From positions 186,001 to 250,000 of the forward strand of contig JAYWIR010000026.1 in assembly GCA_036172245.1 (NCBI GenBank): a stretch of 64,000 bases of DNA, in the 5' to 3' direction. Below the pieces are notes generated by a model, which was given only the letters and a program-made list of their open reading frames with translations, did not search any database and was not told the origin of the DNA. The stretch comes from Raillietiella orientalis (lineage: Eukaryota). A program made the position numbers and the translations under genes. Positions 50,621-62,790 of the stretch are shown one piece after another. Every line of letters starts with the position of its first letter. The stretch's first letter is position 1.

Positions 50621-51209
50621 ACTCCAGGCTAACCCTCGTGGAAACTTCGAGGAAGAAACGAGGAGTGCTCCTCCCCCACTGGAAAGTCCCTCCGGGGAAA
50701 ATCAGGAAAAGGTGCTTCCCTCCAGGGTCACCTTACCAAGAGTAAGACGAACGGACTCCTTCCTGCAGAGCCTCCATCTCGATCCATAGGGCGAGATCTC
50801 TCCCAGATTCCCCCCTAGACCGAAGAGTCATGCGCACCCTCAGATGGAGTGGACGGTGCTTGAGGAGCTGAGTGAGCTCCCCATCTAAGGAGACGAAGGG
50901 TTCTTCATCATTCCCTGGGAACCACACACAAAAAAAAAACCCGGACGCTGAAATGCGAATGCGCATTCCAACTCGGTGCTTGCTGACCGCCACCCATCGG
51001 ATGTCGCAGACTTCGTGGCAACCCGGCAATTGCTCCAAGAAGTCCCTACGGGTCGCGATTGCTTAGGAGCCCAGGGGTGGGCCTTGCGTTTCAGTCGCCG
51101 TTCCTGAGACACTCCTGCAGCTTCCTTGAAAAGTTTCCCTTGGTGTTTCTTCCTTCGAGTGCTGGAACGTGAGTGCACACCACGTAGAGTCAGCTCCTGC
51201 CGAGTCCAA

Positions 51210-52000
51210 CCTTCGATCCTGTGAGGGTGTACATTTCGCTGCTTTCCTTTTAGCTGTCTTTTCCCGGGATCCCTTTCTTTTTGGCCCGCAAGGAGTGCTA
51301 AAGAACCGCTCGCCTCCTTACAGAAGGGTCGCAAAGCTCTCCTTTAACACTGTCCACTCCACCCGAGGGTGCGTGTTAGCTCTTCAAGTTAGGGGGGACA
51401 TCCTAGGGACCACTCCATGAATCCGGGAAGGCTTCGGAGGAGGCACTCTGTTCCCCTTACTCTTGGCTGTCTCGGAGAGGTTCTCCAAAGGTCACTGTCA
51501 CCCTGTTTGTCTCCGGAGGGAACCCGTCCTTTCCTCCTCTGAAGAGAACCCCGAAGGGAATGCTTCCCATTTTCTTCTGAGGAGAGCTCTCCGAAGGGAG
51601 CACCGCTCTTCTGACACTGGAGAGGCAGCTGACCTCCCAAGGGGAGTCAGCTCCTTGGAATGCAATGGAGGGTCACCCTGCCCTCACGCCTTCCGAGGGG
51701 CGAGAAGGCCGCCTTTTCCAACCCCAAAAGGCTCTTTGATTCCTGGAAGGATCCCGGAGCGTCAAGTTCGAATCCCGGTCACTCAATGGGGGACATCGTT
51801 TTCTCGGCTTCCGCCAGAGCCGCACCCGATACAGTCCAACCTGCGACGTCCTTCGATGTGGCTCGTCGAGGGGGGGGCGGGGAACTCGAACCTACGACGC
51901 ACCCTCCGTCCTCGGGGCCGGGTGGGGTTCGAACCCGCCACGCCTGGTGCCACGCACGGAATCCGCAGCCAAACGGCCTACGACGCAGGCACGTGGGTGT
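51210..52000 (+). repeat. Family A repeat, longest copy
   Basis: Internal subrepeats (TCCTCTGAAGAGAACCCCGAAGGG-like) and B-box-like motifs AGTTCGAATCCC (about 51766) and GGTTCGAACCC (about 51926). No convincing ORF. Confidence 0.7.
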
Positions 52001-53189
52001 AGTCGCCGCCCTTGCGAAGCCTCGGAGCTCCCTCAGGAAGTTCTCGCGCGCGGGACTCCCGAGCGGTTGAATGCTGTGTGTTTCGGCAGCCATTGTATTT
52101 TTTTTTCCGACGCCTCTGAGATTCCATGGATTCTCGAAAGGTCGATGTGCACTGCAGTGCGACGTGTGTGTGGATTCTTGCGACCCCCTCGCACCCCTGC
52201 CTTCCCGAAAGTTCTGAGAGCATGGGACGGAGGGGGAAGAAAGATGCTGGGGAACGTACCTGTTCGCTCGAGGTCGGCAGGAGCGCGTCGCTGTGCGACT
52301 CCGTGCCGGCTCTGCGGTCTCTGGTTCTTCGCCGCACTGCCGAGGCAGGAAGGGACTCTGCCGCGCCGCGCCACGAGGAAGGACGGGGGGTGGGGGAGGA
52401 AAGGGGGGAGATTTTTTGGTGGGAGCCACTGGCTGGCTGGACGCGCCGGCACCCGGAAGGAAAGAAGCAAAAGAGTGTCAGCTCACGTGCGTCATCGTGC
52501 GAGTCCCTATCGCAGACGCTCGGTGCCTCTCGTGGGTCCACCGATTCCTGAGACCACTGCCGTAAAAGCCCCTCCTCCTTATCCTCCCCTTGAAAAAAAA
52601 AAGGCAAGATGGACGCGGATGTTGCCTATGGGTCTGGACAGCATCAGTGACTTCGACCTGCTGCTAGATGGTGATGCAGTGGACCCCTCCCCTCCCTCCC
52701 CCATGCTGTGTGACGCGACGGAAACATGGCGGCAGCCGCATCGGAGCGCGCTGTCGACGAAGTTTTGCTTTGCAGAGAGAGTGTCGTCGGCTCGAAAGGA
52801 ACGCGGACGCGCGGGTTCGAGTGGCTCCAACTGCGCACCCCCCCTCGAGTTTTCAATGTGAGAGTGGGGAAGGTGCGCTTCTCCCCCCTCCCCCTCCAGC
52901 CCAACAGCGGGGGCTGCAGACATGCTTCGGGAGCCCCCGCCTGCCTTCCGGAAAGAACTTCCCCCAACGGGAACAGGGAGATCGTAGGCGAGGCGCCACC
53001 GGGAGCTCCAGAGGCAGCCTCCGAGAGGTGCTCAGGGGAAGGGAGTGAAATGCCCGAAGAACTTTCCCGAAACCCTGAGGCGAAGGCGGGGCTGCTGGAA
53101 AAATGCTGCTGTCCGCTTGGTAAAGGCCCAACGGGCGGGAGGCTGCTCTTCGCATGGAACCGCCGGTTTGACATCCGGTTGCGCCGGGG

Positions 53190-53950
53190 AGTCAATTTAT
53201 ACAAAGAAAACAGACCAGTGGCAGGACGCATGGTCCTGCCACGTTACAAATGCAACCACGGAGACCGGACGAGTACCGGCACACAGACCGGCGGAGTTCG
53301 CCTCGGCAGCAGGGGGGGAAGGGGGGCGACAAACAAAAAACAAAAATGAAGGAAAAAAAATATTGGGAGAAAAACAGGGAGGGTTCGGGAAGGGACCACT
53401 GAGTGCTGGAAGGCGTCCTCTTCGTCCTTGTAAGGATGCCGGCATGCTCCTGTTTTACCATCCTCAGATGAAGCCATATGGACATCATCCTCATGGAAAG
53501 GACAGCAAAATGGATGACGTCCCTGTTGTCCTGGCCTCTGGCGTTGCTCCATGCAACCACGGTCCCGTCGTGTGGGCAGCAAAGTGCTGCTGGGGATGCG
53601 GCCGACTTGAGGGCATTGCGCTGGAAGAGGCGCTTTAAAATGTCTCTGGAGTTGCATCCGGGATCCGCAGGGACGCGGCAAAGACGCGTTCCCACAGGGA
53701 GTGGAGGGCAACACCGGAACTACCTGGAACCGCTGGTAGTGGCGGTTCTTTGTGTCTTCCCCCGCAGCACGTCGAGAGGGAGGGTGTTTGGGACGTGTTC
53801 TCGGGAGAAGGTCAAGATGTGAGTGAGAAATGGACGCTCCTGGTGGCAGCAGTTCTCGTGTTCACTCCTCCCCCCTGCCCCAGGATACTCATTTTACATA
53901 CGGGGAAGGAAGTCCGCGAGTGGCGCCAAGCGATGGCGGCACTGATGGAA
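53190..53950 (-). mobile_element. Family B LINE 3' end (reverse), adjoining a reverse family A copy at about 53950-54420
   Basis: DILKRLFQRNALKSAASPAALCC..VVAWSNA..DVIHFAV..WLHL..HAGIL, the 3' UTR core and a hairpin at 53218-53242. Confidence 0.75.
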
Positions 53951-55599
53951 GCTGACGCCCCTGGATGCCCGTTAGATCCACCGGGCTCCTTCCAGGAATC
54001 CAGGAGCACGGAGCTCCCTTCCGATTGTGAAAGGGAAGCAGTCCAATGCGTACCATGGAGCAGGTTGGCACCCCTCTCAGGGGGTCTCCAGAGCGTCCAG
54101 GAGCGCGCTGCTCCATTCGGGAAGGCGCGCCCTCCGGTGAAATTCGGAAGCATCCCTTCGGAGTTCTTTTCCGAAGAGGAAGGCAGGAACGGGGGAGCCT
54201 TCCAGGGGAGAAATCCAGGAGCGGAGGCCTTCAGGGTCCCCTCCGGAGGCAATCAAGGCAGCAGTTCCCTTCGAAGTCCCCCTCGGGTTGTGAAAAGGGA
54301 GCCGTCATCCGCCCGGAAGAAATCCTCCATCGCTTACCGCGGAGCTGGTCGATGCCCTCCCGCCCTCTCTGGAGGTCGGCTGTGCCTCCAGAGTGTCAGA
54401 AACGCGCTGCTTCCTTGGGTGGGGGTGGGGGGGAGAGGTCCCGTCGCGGAAGGGGGTTGGTCGGTGTCGGCGCCGAAGGATGTTTCATTCTTCGAGGGAT
54501 CCCTTGCAGACGGGCGCGAGGAAGGATTTTCTGGGAAGGATTGGATGGCCGCCGTTATGCTTCTTTAAAGATGATCCCTGCAGCTGCCGGTCGCCATGCG
54601 ACGCCGCCATTCCCCCTAAATGTTTGGGATCCTCAGCGTGACCTTCATGGGTTTCGCGTGAGGGCGGAGGGCCCGGAGCGTCCAATCCTCTTCGCTTCTC
54701 CTAGGCGCGAGCGCAACTCCGGGGGCAATGGCAAGAGCGGGCGTGGAACTGGCGCCTCCTCAGGAGGGGTGCCGTCGGTCAAAGTACCCTCCCCCCCGGG
54801 CGATTCCCCAATCCGAACGAGTCCTTCGCCGCCGCTTCCTTTTGGGATCGACGGCAGCCCGGGAATGGACGGGTGGTTCGGATGCAGACGGCAAGGAGCG
54901 CCGATCCGAAGGGCCTCCCGTAAACCCGCAAGGCTCTTTTCGGGTCCGTGGATCCGAGCCCTCCCGGAGCGATGAGATCGTCCTACTTTTCATCGGATCC
55001 GCCGCGCTAGACGCCGTTTGTTCCTCACGAAAGTTCCCTTCCCGGAGCCCTCGAGCGCGGAGGGAAGAAAAGGTCCAGAGAAACGCGGAGGAAGCGCCGA
55101 TGGGGAACGCCCCGTTCGGTGGCGGAAGCAGAGATCCCGCGAATGCCCGAGACGGGGAGCGTGCAGGCAGCCGCAGCCTCGCAGCGCTGTGCTCCATCCG
55201 ATTGCCATCCGAGAGAGCGTCTCGTCTGCGTGGCTGGCGACGCCCACTCGCGGGCATCGCGCCGTTGGTGATTCACCGCGGTGGTAGGTTTACCGCCCCG
55301 GGGTGTCTGACTTCCACGCAGCATCAGCCTGCGGACCCGCACTCTCAGATCGGTTGTATAGCCGTGTGCCGTGCGGAAGCATCTCACTACCTAAGGATTG
55401 CGGCAGACCCGCGTGCAGCGCGGAGGATGCGTTGAGCCCTTCCCCTACTCCCATATAGGGAAGGGGGAGGACGCGCACATGGGCAATACGAGTTCACAAA
55501 AGATTTGGCAGAATCTTCATCGGTACCGACCAAAATCCCAAAGAGAGTATATATATATATATATATATACATATACATACATACACATACATACATATA

Positions 55600-55948
55600 C
55601 AGTGGTGCCTCGGAGCTCGTCAAACTCAGTACTCGTCGCATTTTGAAGAGAGGAAAAAAAAAAAATGTTGTCACACTCGCCGCATGCTCGGAACTCGACA
55701 TCACCCCACCCACTCAGATGAAACGAGTGAACGCTTTCGTCCCACGGTGGCTGAAGAACAGTGCCGAGCACTTCCTTATAGGGTGCCTCTCGAGTCGTTC
55801 CCCATTTTGTGTGTTTTCTGTGCATTTTAAGCGTTGACCGTTGGTCTTAAAATGGTTAAAAATGATACCACGAAGCCCGGAAAGGAACGCGTTCGGTACT
55901 CGTCACGAGCTCCGGAACGAATCATCGACGAGTACCGAGTTACAACTG
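55600..55948. mobile_element. pogo/Tigger-like MITE, copy 2
   Basis: TA|CAGTGGTGCCTCG...CGAGTACCGAGTTACAACTG|TA, inserted in a (TA)n-rich tract. Homologous to 14546-14886. Confidence 0.8.
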
Positions 55949-56059
55949 TATATGTATTACAACCTATCTATCTACCTACCTATCTAGATAGATATCTGTG
56001 TAGATATAGGTATGTATACAATGTTTTAAGTATCTATCTATCTTAAGATATCTTGAACA

Positions 56060-56835
56060 GATGTTCATGATGAATGCGTCGGACTCGTTAGCAGGCTTCA
56101 CCACATCAAAGCAGCCCTTCTGCACGGAGGGATGCATTTGCCTTTCAAGCCGGGAGATGCAGGACTTTTTGAATTTTCTTTCTTTTCCCTCGGTCTGAGA
56201 ACTTCACGCTTTGATCTCAGCCAGAAGGTTGATAAGCGATCGCATCATCCACTCGTCGAGATCGAACGTTCCGCCTATAAGAGGAGCAGCACGGACACCC
56301 CAAGAGGATCGCCTGTGACGAAGATGCGAGACGTGGGATGAGACGTTGATACATCTGCTCAAACCACTGCATGAGGCACTCTCCCATGTACACTGAGAGG
56401 CAAAACGCGATCGCGCTCAGATTACAAGCAGCCGCCACAACGATAGGAAGACGGAAGCTGACATATCTGAGGACCAGCAAGTTCCAGGAGCAGATTCAAC
56501 GCCAAGACCTGATCTGGTTTTGGAAAGAAAAAAAAAAAAACGAGGAAAGTGGATGATAGTGGATGAGTCACTGGTCCGTTTGAAAACGGAGATGTGTTCA
56601 CAAGAGCGCGCAGAGGAGATGGAGGATAAATACCAGGACCTTCTCCATAACCAGGCATAAACGGCTGCACTGCATTTTCTTTGGCCGATGGTTGTGTGAG
56701 GATCTCGGGATCTCAAGAGCGATGGCGCGCTACTTTGGCAATCTCCAGGAACTGTGTAAAAAAGATGAGGGAATCGGCAGTATCCTCTTGTATAAGGGCC
56801 AGTAGAGACATCTACTGGACGCACAGACCGGGACA
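56060..56835 (+). mobile_element. Utopia/NeSL-like RLE retrotransposon 3' relic
   Basis: IIHSSRSNVPPIRG..RRCETWDETLIHLL, HCMRHSPMYTERQNAIALRL, RQDLIW, IVD..EDKYQDL, KKMRESAVSSCIRASRDIYWTH. Confidence 0.8.
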
Positions 56836-56859
56836 CCTACAAGACGATGCAAGTGATCC

Positions 56860-57720
56860 CACGGGGCACTTGCTCAGACCGGCTGGTCCACAATGAGCAG
56901 ACCTAGAGCTAATAAGAACAACGGAGGACACCAACCATAAAGGCGTGGACAGCTACTGACAGCTTGTGCCCTTCTGGGAGATGGATGCTGCTATTCCTTG
57001 GTAACCATTCTTCCTTCTCCCTCCTGGTGGTGCTGAAGGCCTCTTCCCCGTTTTCAAATGGGCTCGCAATGTGTAGCACCACCATCTCGTCCACCTTTTG
57101 CAGCACTGGATCGGAACCGCAGTGTGGAATCCACTCCCGGGACCTATTGCGCTGTGCCGTGCTTTGCACGCGGAGGAATAGCTCATAGAGTGGTTTCGTA
57201 TATGCGGCAGAGTTTCCTCCCAATTGCTACGCCCACGGCCGAGAGCTCCCATCTTTTCATACCTCGTTATCAAGCTAAGCCTTGCTGCATGGATGAAGCG
57301 GTGATCCTCGAGTCCCGAGAAGTCCCTTGACGATGGAAAGCAGCTTGACACCTGATGGAGTCGCACCGCAAGACTTGCCCTTTGGTCTGGGTGCTCTTTT
57401 TTCAGCGTGCTAACCCCCGCGGGCCATCCCTCCGGTTCGTCCCTGTCTCCCTTCTTCGGGCTGCATCGATAACGAAGTCCCCCATTTCGAGCTTTGGATC
57501 ACCGTCATTAAATTCCCGTGTTGCAGTCATTCTTTTCGAAGCTTGCCCTCCCACTGTCCATAGGCTTTTCACATCCCCACTTATTCTCCCGAATTTTTCT
57601 TGGTCACCGCCTGAGATGAACCTTCCTAGGTCAAAAATGTGGAACGCTTCGCGATTTTGCGTGTCACCCCTGAGCGAGGGCCACGCTGATCTCTGTATCG
57701 TTCCGATTCGAGCGTATGTA
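56860..57720 (-). mobile_element. Utopia/NeSL-like RLE retrotransposon relic (tail-to-tail with the previous copy)
   Basis: DHRFIHAARL..EETLPHIRNH..ARHSAI, SDPVLQK.DEMVVL.IASPFENG.EAF, HAFMVG. Confidence 0.8.
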
Positions 57721-58634
57721 CCCCTGGAGCAGGTACTATACGTTAAATGATTGCACGAAAAGTAAATACATTTGTTATAAAGAATGAATATGCAATTTTT
57801 TCCACTATTTTTGTCACCATCATTCCTTATTTTTTATAATTCGGTATTCATACATTCACTTGATATATATTCATTACATATATACATGTGATAACATACA
57901 TGTTTGTTTTTATAATATTATATATATGTATAAATAATATATTGATACGTACTATTTGTACACCTCTTTTATGGGACGTTGTTGACTGTACCGAGATGGG
58001 TAGCGGAAGTAGAAAACAGAAAAAATCACTTCTGGATAGAGGAATAGAATGTGAATGAAATGAAGTTTTGATCGTTGCGCAGCAGCGTGAATTCTCTCAA
58101 TCGGAAGAACAAATTTAGCGACGTGACAAAAGTAGAAAGTGATGACAGTGTATGGTAAATGACGATGACGGTCCGATACGGAATCGGATTCGGGCTTCTT
58201 CCCGATTGCTCTTTCCCCGTACTCTTCTCAGGAGCAGAAGAACCACACGAGCAGGAGGGCAAACCTCCCTGACCACTCCACGGCTAAATGGAACGGCTGG
58301 TCCATGGCATCTGCGAAATCCTCCATTTTCTTCTTCGTGCTCCGTAGAAGGCGCCGCACCCAGAGGCACCATCCCGGATCCTGAACGCAGCCTCCGAGCC
58401 ACCTGCCGCATTTTTTCCCTTCTCTCTCGGCGTGGAGCGCGGTCGTCATCTCTAGTGGGCGCGGTCGTCATCTCCATCACTGGGATCGGTCGATTCGGGT
58501 CGGCTTGCTCTTCAGTCGATGACCACGAATGCAGGTCGAGTTGCATGCCGATCTCAAACGCGGCTGTTTCGTCTCCGCGCCCTCTTCCATCTCACGTGAA
58601 AACGCATCTGAGGTTTCGTTCGAACCGCCCCTCA

Positions 58635-58778
58635 CTGCTCCCCATCCACGCTGCTCCCCATCCACGCTGCTCCCCATCCACACTGCACCCCATCCACGCT
58701 GCTCCCCATCCACGCTGCACCCCATCCACGCTGCTCCCCATCCATGCTGCTCCCCATCCACGCTGCTCCCCATCCACA
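58635..58778. repeat. 16-bp minisatellite, 9 copies
   Basis: Unit CTGC(T/A)CCCCATCCA(C/T)(G/A), directly tandem with no spacers. Confidence 0.95.
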
Positions 58779-59119
58779 CAGACAAAGTGGTCACAAAACC
58801 TCCAGTTCTGACTCTTTCGAGGGTCGAAAGTTCTCTTTTACCAAAGGTCACTACATCGAGCGTGCACTGTAGTACTATGTTAATAATAAGCACATGTGCT
58901 GAAATGCAAGCATTAATACTATTTATGTTAACAAATATTATTAATGAATATGTCTAAAACAAATTTGTATGTATCCCTATCCATAGGTGCACATTAATAA
59001 AGATGAGTTAAGAGAAATTTGCATATTGATCTACCAATGTGTATACGGATAGATAGACCTACAAAGGTAAGATGGCTGCCGATATAGGGAGGTCGACGTG
59101 GATTTCATCTGCTCGTGAG

Positions 59120-59520
59120 ATTTGGTCGGATTCCGGAGGAGCCGAGGTGTACCAAAACGATTCCGATGCCGGAAGCTTTCCAATGCATCGGAAGAAATTT
59201 CCGCTCGGAGACGAATCTCCACCGGAAGCAGCGCGAACATGTTGTACGCTAAATGTCCGGATCCAAGGTTGGGACTTTGGATCTTAGAAACGACCGGTGT
59301 CGAGCAAAGGGTTTTTTCCTCACCTCTTTTAATCCCCCGATGGGGTGCTTGAACAGGGCTTCCTTCTGCAGAAAAAGCAGTCCCCAAGATAATGTGCATG
59401 GTCTTCGTGGACTTGGCAGATGACTTCGGAACGATGTCTCATAAACGGATGCTGGAAGCTTCAAGGGAAGCGGGAGCTGGGAAGACGTTTACGAGCGTTG
59501 TCGAGGAAACAGTCCTGGAA
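59120..59520 (+). mobile_element. LINE RT fragment
   Basis: MCMVFVDLADDFGTMSHKRMLEA resembles the RT motif F.D..KAFD.VSH. Confidence 0.55.
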
Positions 59521-59639
59521 GCTCCGCAAACATACGGCTGCAACAGACGGTGGCAGGAGGTTTGTAGCTTTGGGCTACGTACGTTCGCAAATCCGCGTCT
59601 TCGGGTGGTTCTCCGTTGACCGCTCGGGTTGCAGGAATG

Positions 59640-60545
59640 TCGGGGAAATTTTCCGTACGTTGAAATCTCCCGCTATCCGGTGGGCTCCACGTGCGGCTGC
59701 TTCCAGCATCCGTTCACGTTTTCGGATTTCTCAAAGGCTGGCTGAAGCAGGGAAGCGGTCCCGCTGGACTTCTTGGTGCCCACAGCATCAGATGAGCGAC
59801 CTGGAGGACGCCGCCATGGCTCGTAATCATGCCAAGGGAATCCATCAATGGAGAGAGCTGTTTCGTGTGCTCCCCGAAGAACTTGTGGTCCCTCCCCCGT
59901 GCGCGGACATGAAAGGAGGAACACTTCTGTGTTCCTCCTTTCATGGAAGCAGGACGTGCTTTTGCTGGTGCATTGGGACTTCCATTGCAACCAGCGCGCC
60001 CACCTGGTTTCCGGGGAAGTTGCCTCCCCGAACTGCAGAAAGTGCGGAGCCGTGAAAACGCTCCCTCACCTGCTCTTCGTCTGCGGTGCCCTCCAAGGAC
60101 TGCGGCGGAGGTTTCCTTCAGCGCTCCTGCCCCAGGGGGACACCGCAACGGATGTCATGCGCCGCTTCTTCATGTCAGGCGGCCTGTCGTTAGGTGCGGT
60201 TACCACAACGATCTGTTGCATTCGCGCCATCGTCACGGCCCGCCGCCAGCTGGAGTCGCGGGCGATTCTTCGAGTGGCCACCGCAATCGCCGAAGTCAAC
60301 ATGGCGACGGCTGCCAGGTGGCCTCATCTTCCAGAAGAAGTGAGGAAGGAGATCTCCAGCATTTAACGCCCATTCTGGAAGGAACGAACGGCCTAACCCA
60401 AAGACCCCTGTCCCCATCCCCCCCCATATCTTGTTTTGTATTTTTTAGATATTTATTTGTGGTCCCTTCCCTCCCGTTCCAAACTTTCGGTGTGACTGAC
60501 CTCAGTGTGGGGGAGGCCTCCCTTCGAACTTCTTTTCCCTTTATC
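59640..60545 (+). mobile_element. Family B LINE 3' end
   Basis: PNCRKCGAVKTLPHLLFVC (intact CCHC), ICCIRAIVTA, RWPHL. Confidence 0.75.
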
Positions 60546-61449
60546 TGCGAACTTTGTTCCCGGATGGTTTGTTCTCTTTTTGGAACAAATGCCCCGGCTC
60601 ACCCGGCTGGAAAGCAGCCGCCCTCCAGAGGTCCGTTCAAGGAATCGAACGATCCACGAGCTCGGCGAAGTGCCTTTCGCTGTATTCCTGCAGGGAAACT
60701 CCCAAAGGCGCGAGGTCCACCGGCGTCGTGGCGCGGAGGGGGAGAACCCCAAACATCCGCAAATCAGGGGCCTACAAGCACCCGCGAAGACCCTTCGGGG
60801 GGGATCAAAATTGTCGATTCCCGTCCGTCGAAGGGAGAGACCCATCGCAAAGGCCAGTTCGTTCTCAACAGTGGTCTCACGGCAGGAGATAAATGCGCTG
60901 AAGCTCTTCCCTAGCCTCGTTTCCTGTGAAAGACCGGGGATGCATCCAGAAGAGAACCGGAAGTTAGTGGACGGGGACGGGCAATCAAGAAATTCTCGGC
61001 AGCCAATGGATGCCTCTGCGAAGATGGGAAGAGAGGCGGCCCGGATTTCATGAAGCTGGCAGACGGATCCGACGCACCCCTCGTGGGCAGCCGCCCCCGA
61101 TGGCTCACCTCTCTGAACGATGCTGTGGAAGCCCTCCGGAAAGTGGTGCTCAAGAAAGGGCTCCAAAGGAGGACGGACGGAGGAGATCTCGGGAACTTCA
61201 TGCCCGGTAGTTCGCCCAGGAAGCTTGCAAGGATCAGCGGTGACATAAGGAGCTCTTGGACTAAAGAAAGACAAGCCAGGAGGAAGCTCTTGGGAGTTTT
61301 CGGACGGGGAGTCACCTCCGGTAGCTCCACAAGGAAGAAACTTGCCTCTACGACAAAGAGTGGCACAGAGAGAAGGCGCATGGAAACCGCTTGTTAAAAA
61401 GCGCCAAGACCAAGGGAAAGCCGTTGCCACCCGGCCAAGCCGGGAGCGT

Positions 61450-62085
61450 TTATTGAAAAAAGACAATAAATAAACAAGGCCTCCCACAGCCGGTTCCGTA
61501 ATTGACCTGCCGGGTCGCCGGTACGCAGACCGGCTGGACTCACCCCGGCAGCGGAGGGGGATGGAGAATAGCAAAAAGAAGAAAATAAAAGAAAGACATA
61601 AATAAATTAAGACAATCTGGAGAGCCGGGAGGGAATCACTGCCCGTTGGAGGGAGTGCCCCCCCCAGGATGTCCGAATGGGTCCCAGGTGGGTTCATCTG
61701 GCTGTTATCCGCAGAAAGCGAACAGCGAAGTGGACAGCGTCCCTGTCGTCGCTTCCTCCGTCGGCGTCGCTCCACGCCGCCACGATCCCGCGGATGCAGC
61801 AGAGCGCTGCTGGGGATGCGGCTGTCTGCAGGGCGTCTCGCGCAAAGAGGAGCCGCATCCCATCTCTGGGGTTGCCGCCAGGGGGTTGCAAGGGTCGCGG
61901 CAAAGCGTCCCCAGAGGGGCCGAAGGGCGACGCAGTCCACTAGGAGGTGCGGGAGGGATTTCCACTCCCCGCGCCTGTCACAGTTTGGGTCCATACACCC
62001 CCATATCTAGTGATGCCGGCAGGGAGTTGCACAGGTGGTCCCAGCGCAGCAGCATCAACGCCTACTCTTGCCACTTCAAGGGGAA
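61450..62085 (-). mobile_element. Family B LINE 3' end (reverse), nearly identical in its core to 49955-50345
   Basis: DPNCDRRGEWKSLPHLLVDC..; the 3' UTR core and AATAAA (plus-strand TTTATT at about 61449). Confidence 0.8.
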
Positions 62086-62790
62086 GGAGCAAGGAGAAGC
62101 CGTGTCTGGATGCACAGTGCATCCAGATATTTTTTTCATGACAGCCGGAGACTACCTAAGATTCGCCTATTGTCGGTTGATTCACGCGGCTCAGCTAAAT
62201 TTTCTCGCGATTATAAGTGTTGCCAGGAGGAAGGGAGCAGATCGCCAAATCTGCGCTGCGAAATCTGGGGCGAGACGCTCCCCCCCTTTTCCAAACCACT
62301 GCGTGGAGCACTCTCGCCTGCTTACCGCGCGACAGGACACTGTCGGAATAGAGTCGAGGCCGCCGCGCTGGACATGGCAAAATGGAGGTTTCGTAACCAA
62401 CAGATTCCAGGGGTGGATTCCACTCTGCAGCCCGATTTCGTGCTGCAGAAGGGCAACAGGATGGTGGCGCTGGGCGCGTGCTCCCCATTCGAACATGGGG
62501 ATGAAGCGCTCAGCATCACCAGGGCGGAAAAAAGATCGACGAGTATCGAGATGTTGCCTGCCAGCTGCCGAAAGACGGGATTCATCGCAAAGTGCATGCT
62601 TTCATCGTTGGATCACTCGGGTGCCTAGCAACGACTCCCTGCTGCGCGCAAGTTCGTAGTCCCCAGAAAGTGCTCGGACAAAATGAGGTACCTCATGGTG
62701 GACTCCTGCGTCCGGCACGCTTGAGACACCTGCTGGAGTCATGTGCTTGCACGTCTCCCAGACGATGCAAGCACATGACGATCTTCAGGC
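62085..62790 (+). mobile_element. Utopia/NeSL-like RLE retrotransposon 3' relic
   Basis: EQGEA..HP..FFMTAGDYLRF..RLIHAAQLN, NHC..H..LLTARQD, LQPDFVLQKG..CSPFEHG.EA, HAFIVGSLG. Confidence 0.8.

Noticed and set aside
51760..51940. tRNA genes suggested by GTTCGAATCCC / GGTTCGAACCC
   Set aside because: No cloverleaf, acceptor stem or properly spaced A box could be built. The motifs are part of repeat family A.
58635..58778. CRISPR-like array
   Set aside because: Units are directly tandem with no unique spacers, there are no cas genes, and the context is eukaryotic.
60453..61994. 513-aa ORF, the longest in the track
   Set aside because: Chimeric read-through: it starts in a frameshifted LINE zinc finger, crosses its 3' UTR and continues antisense through other relics. 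Not a coherent protein.
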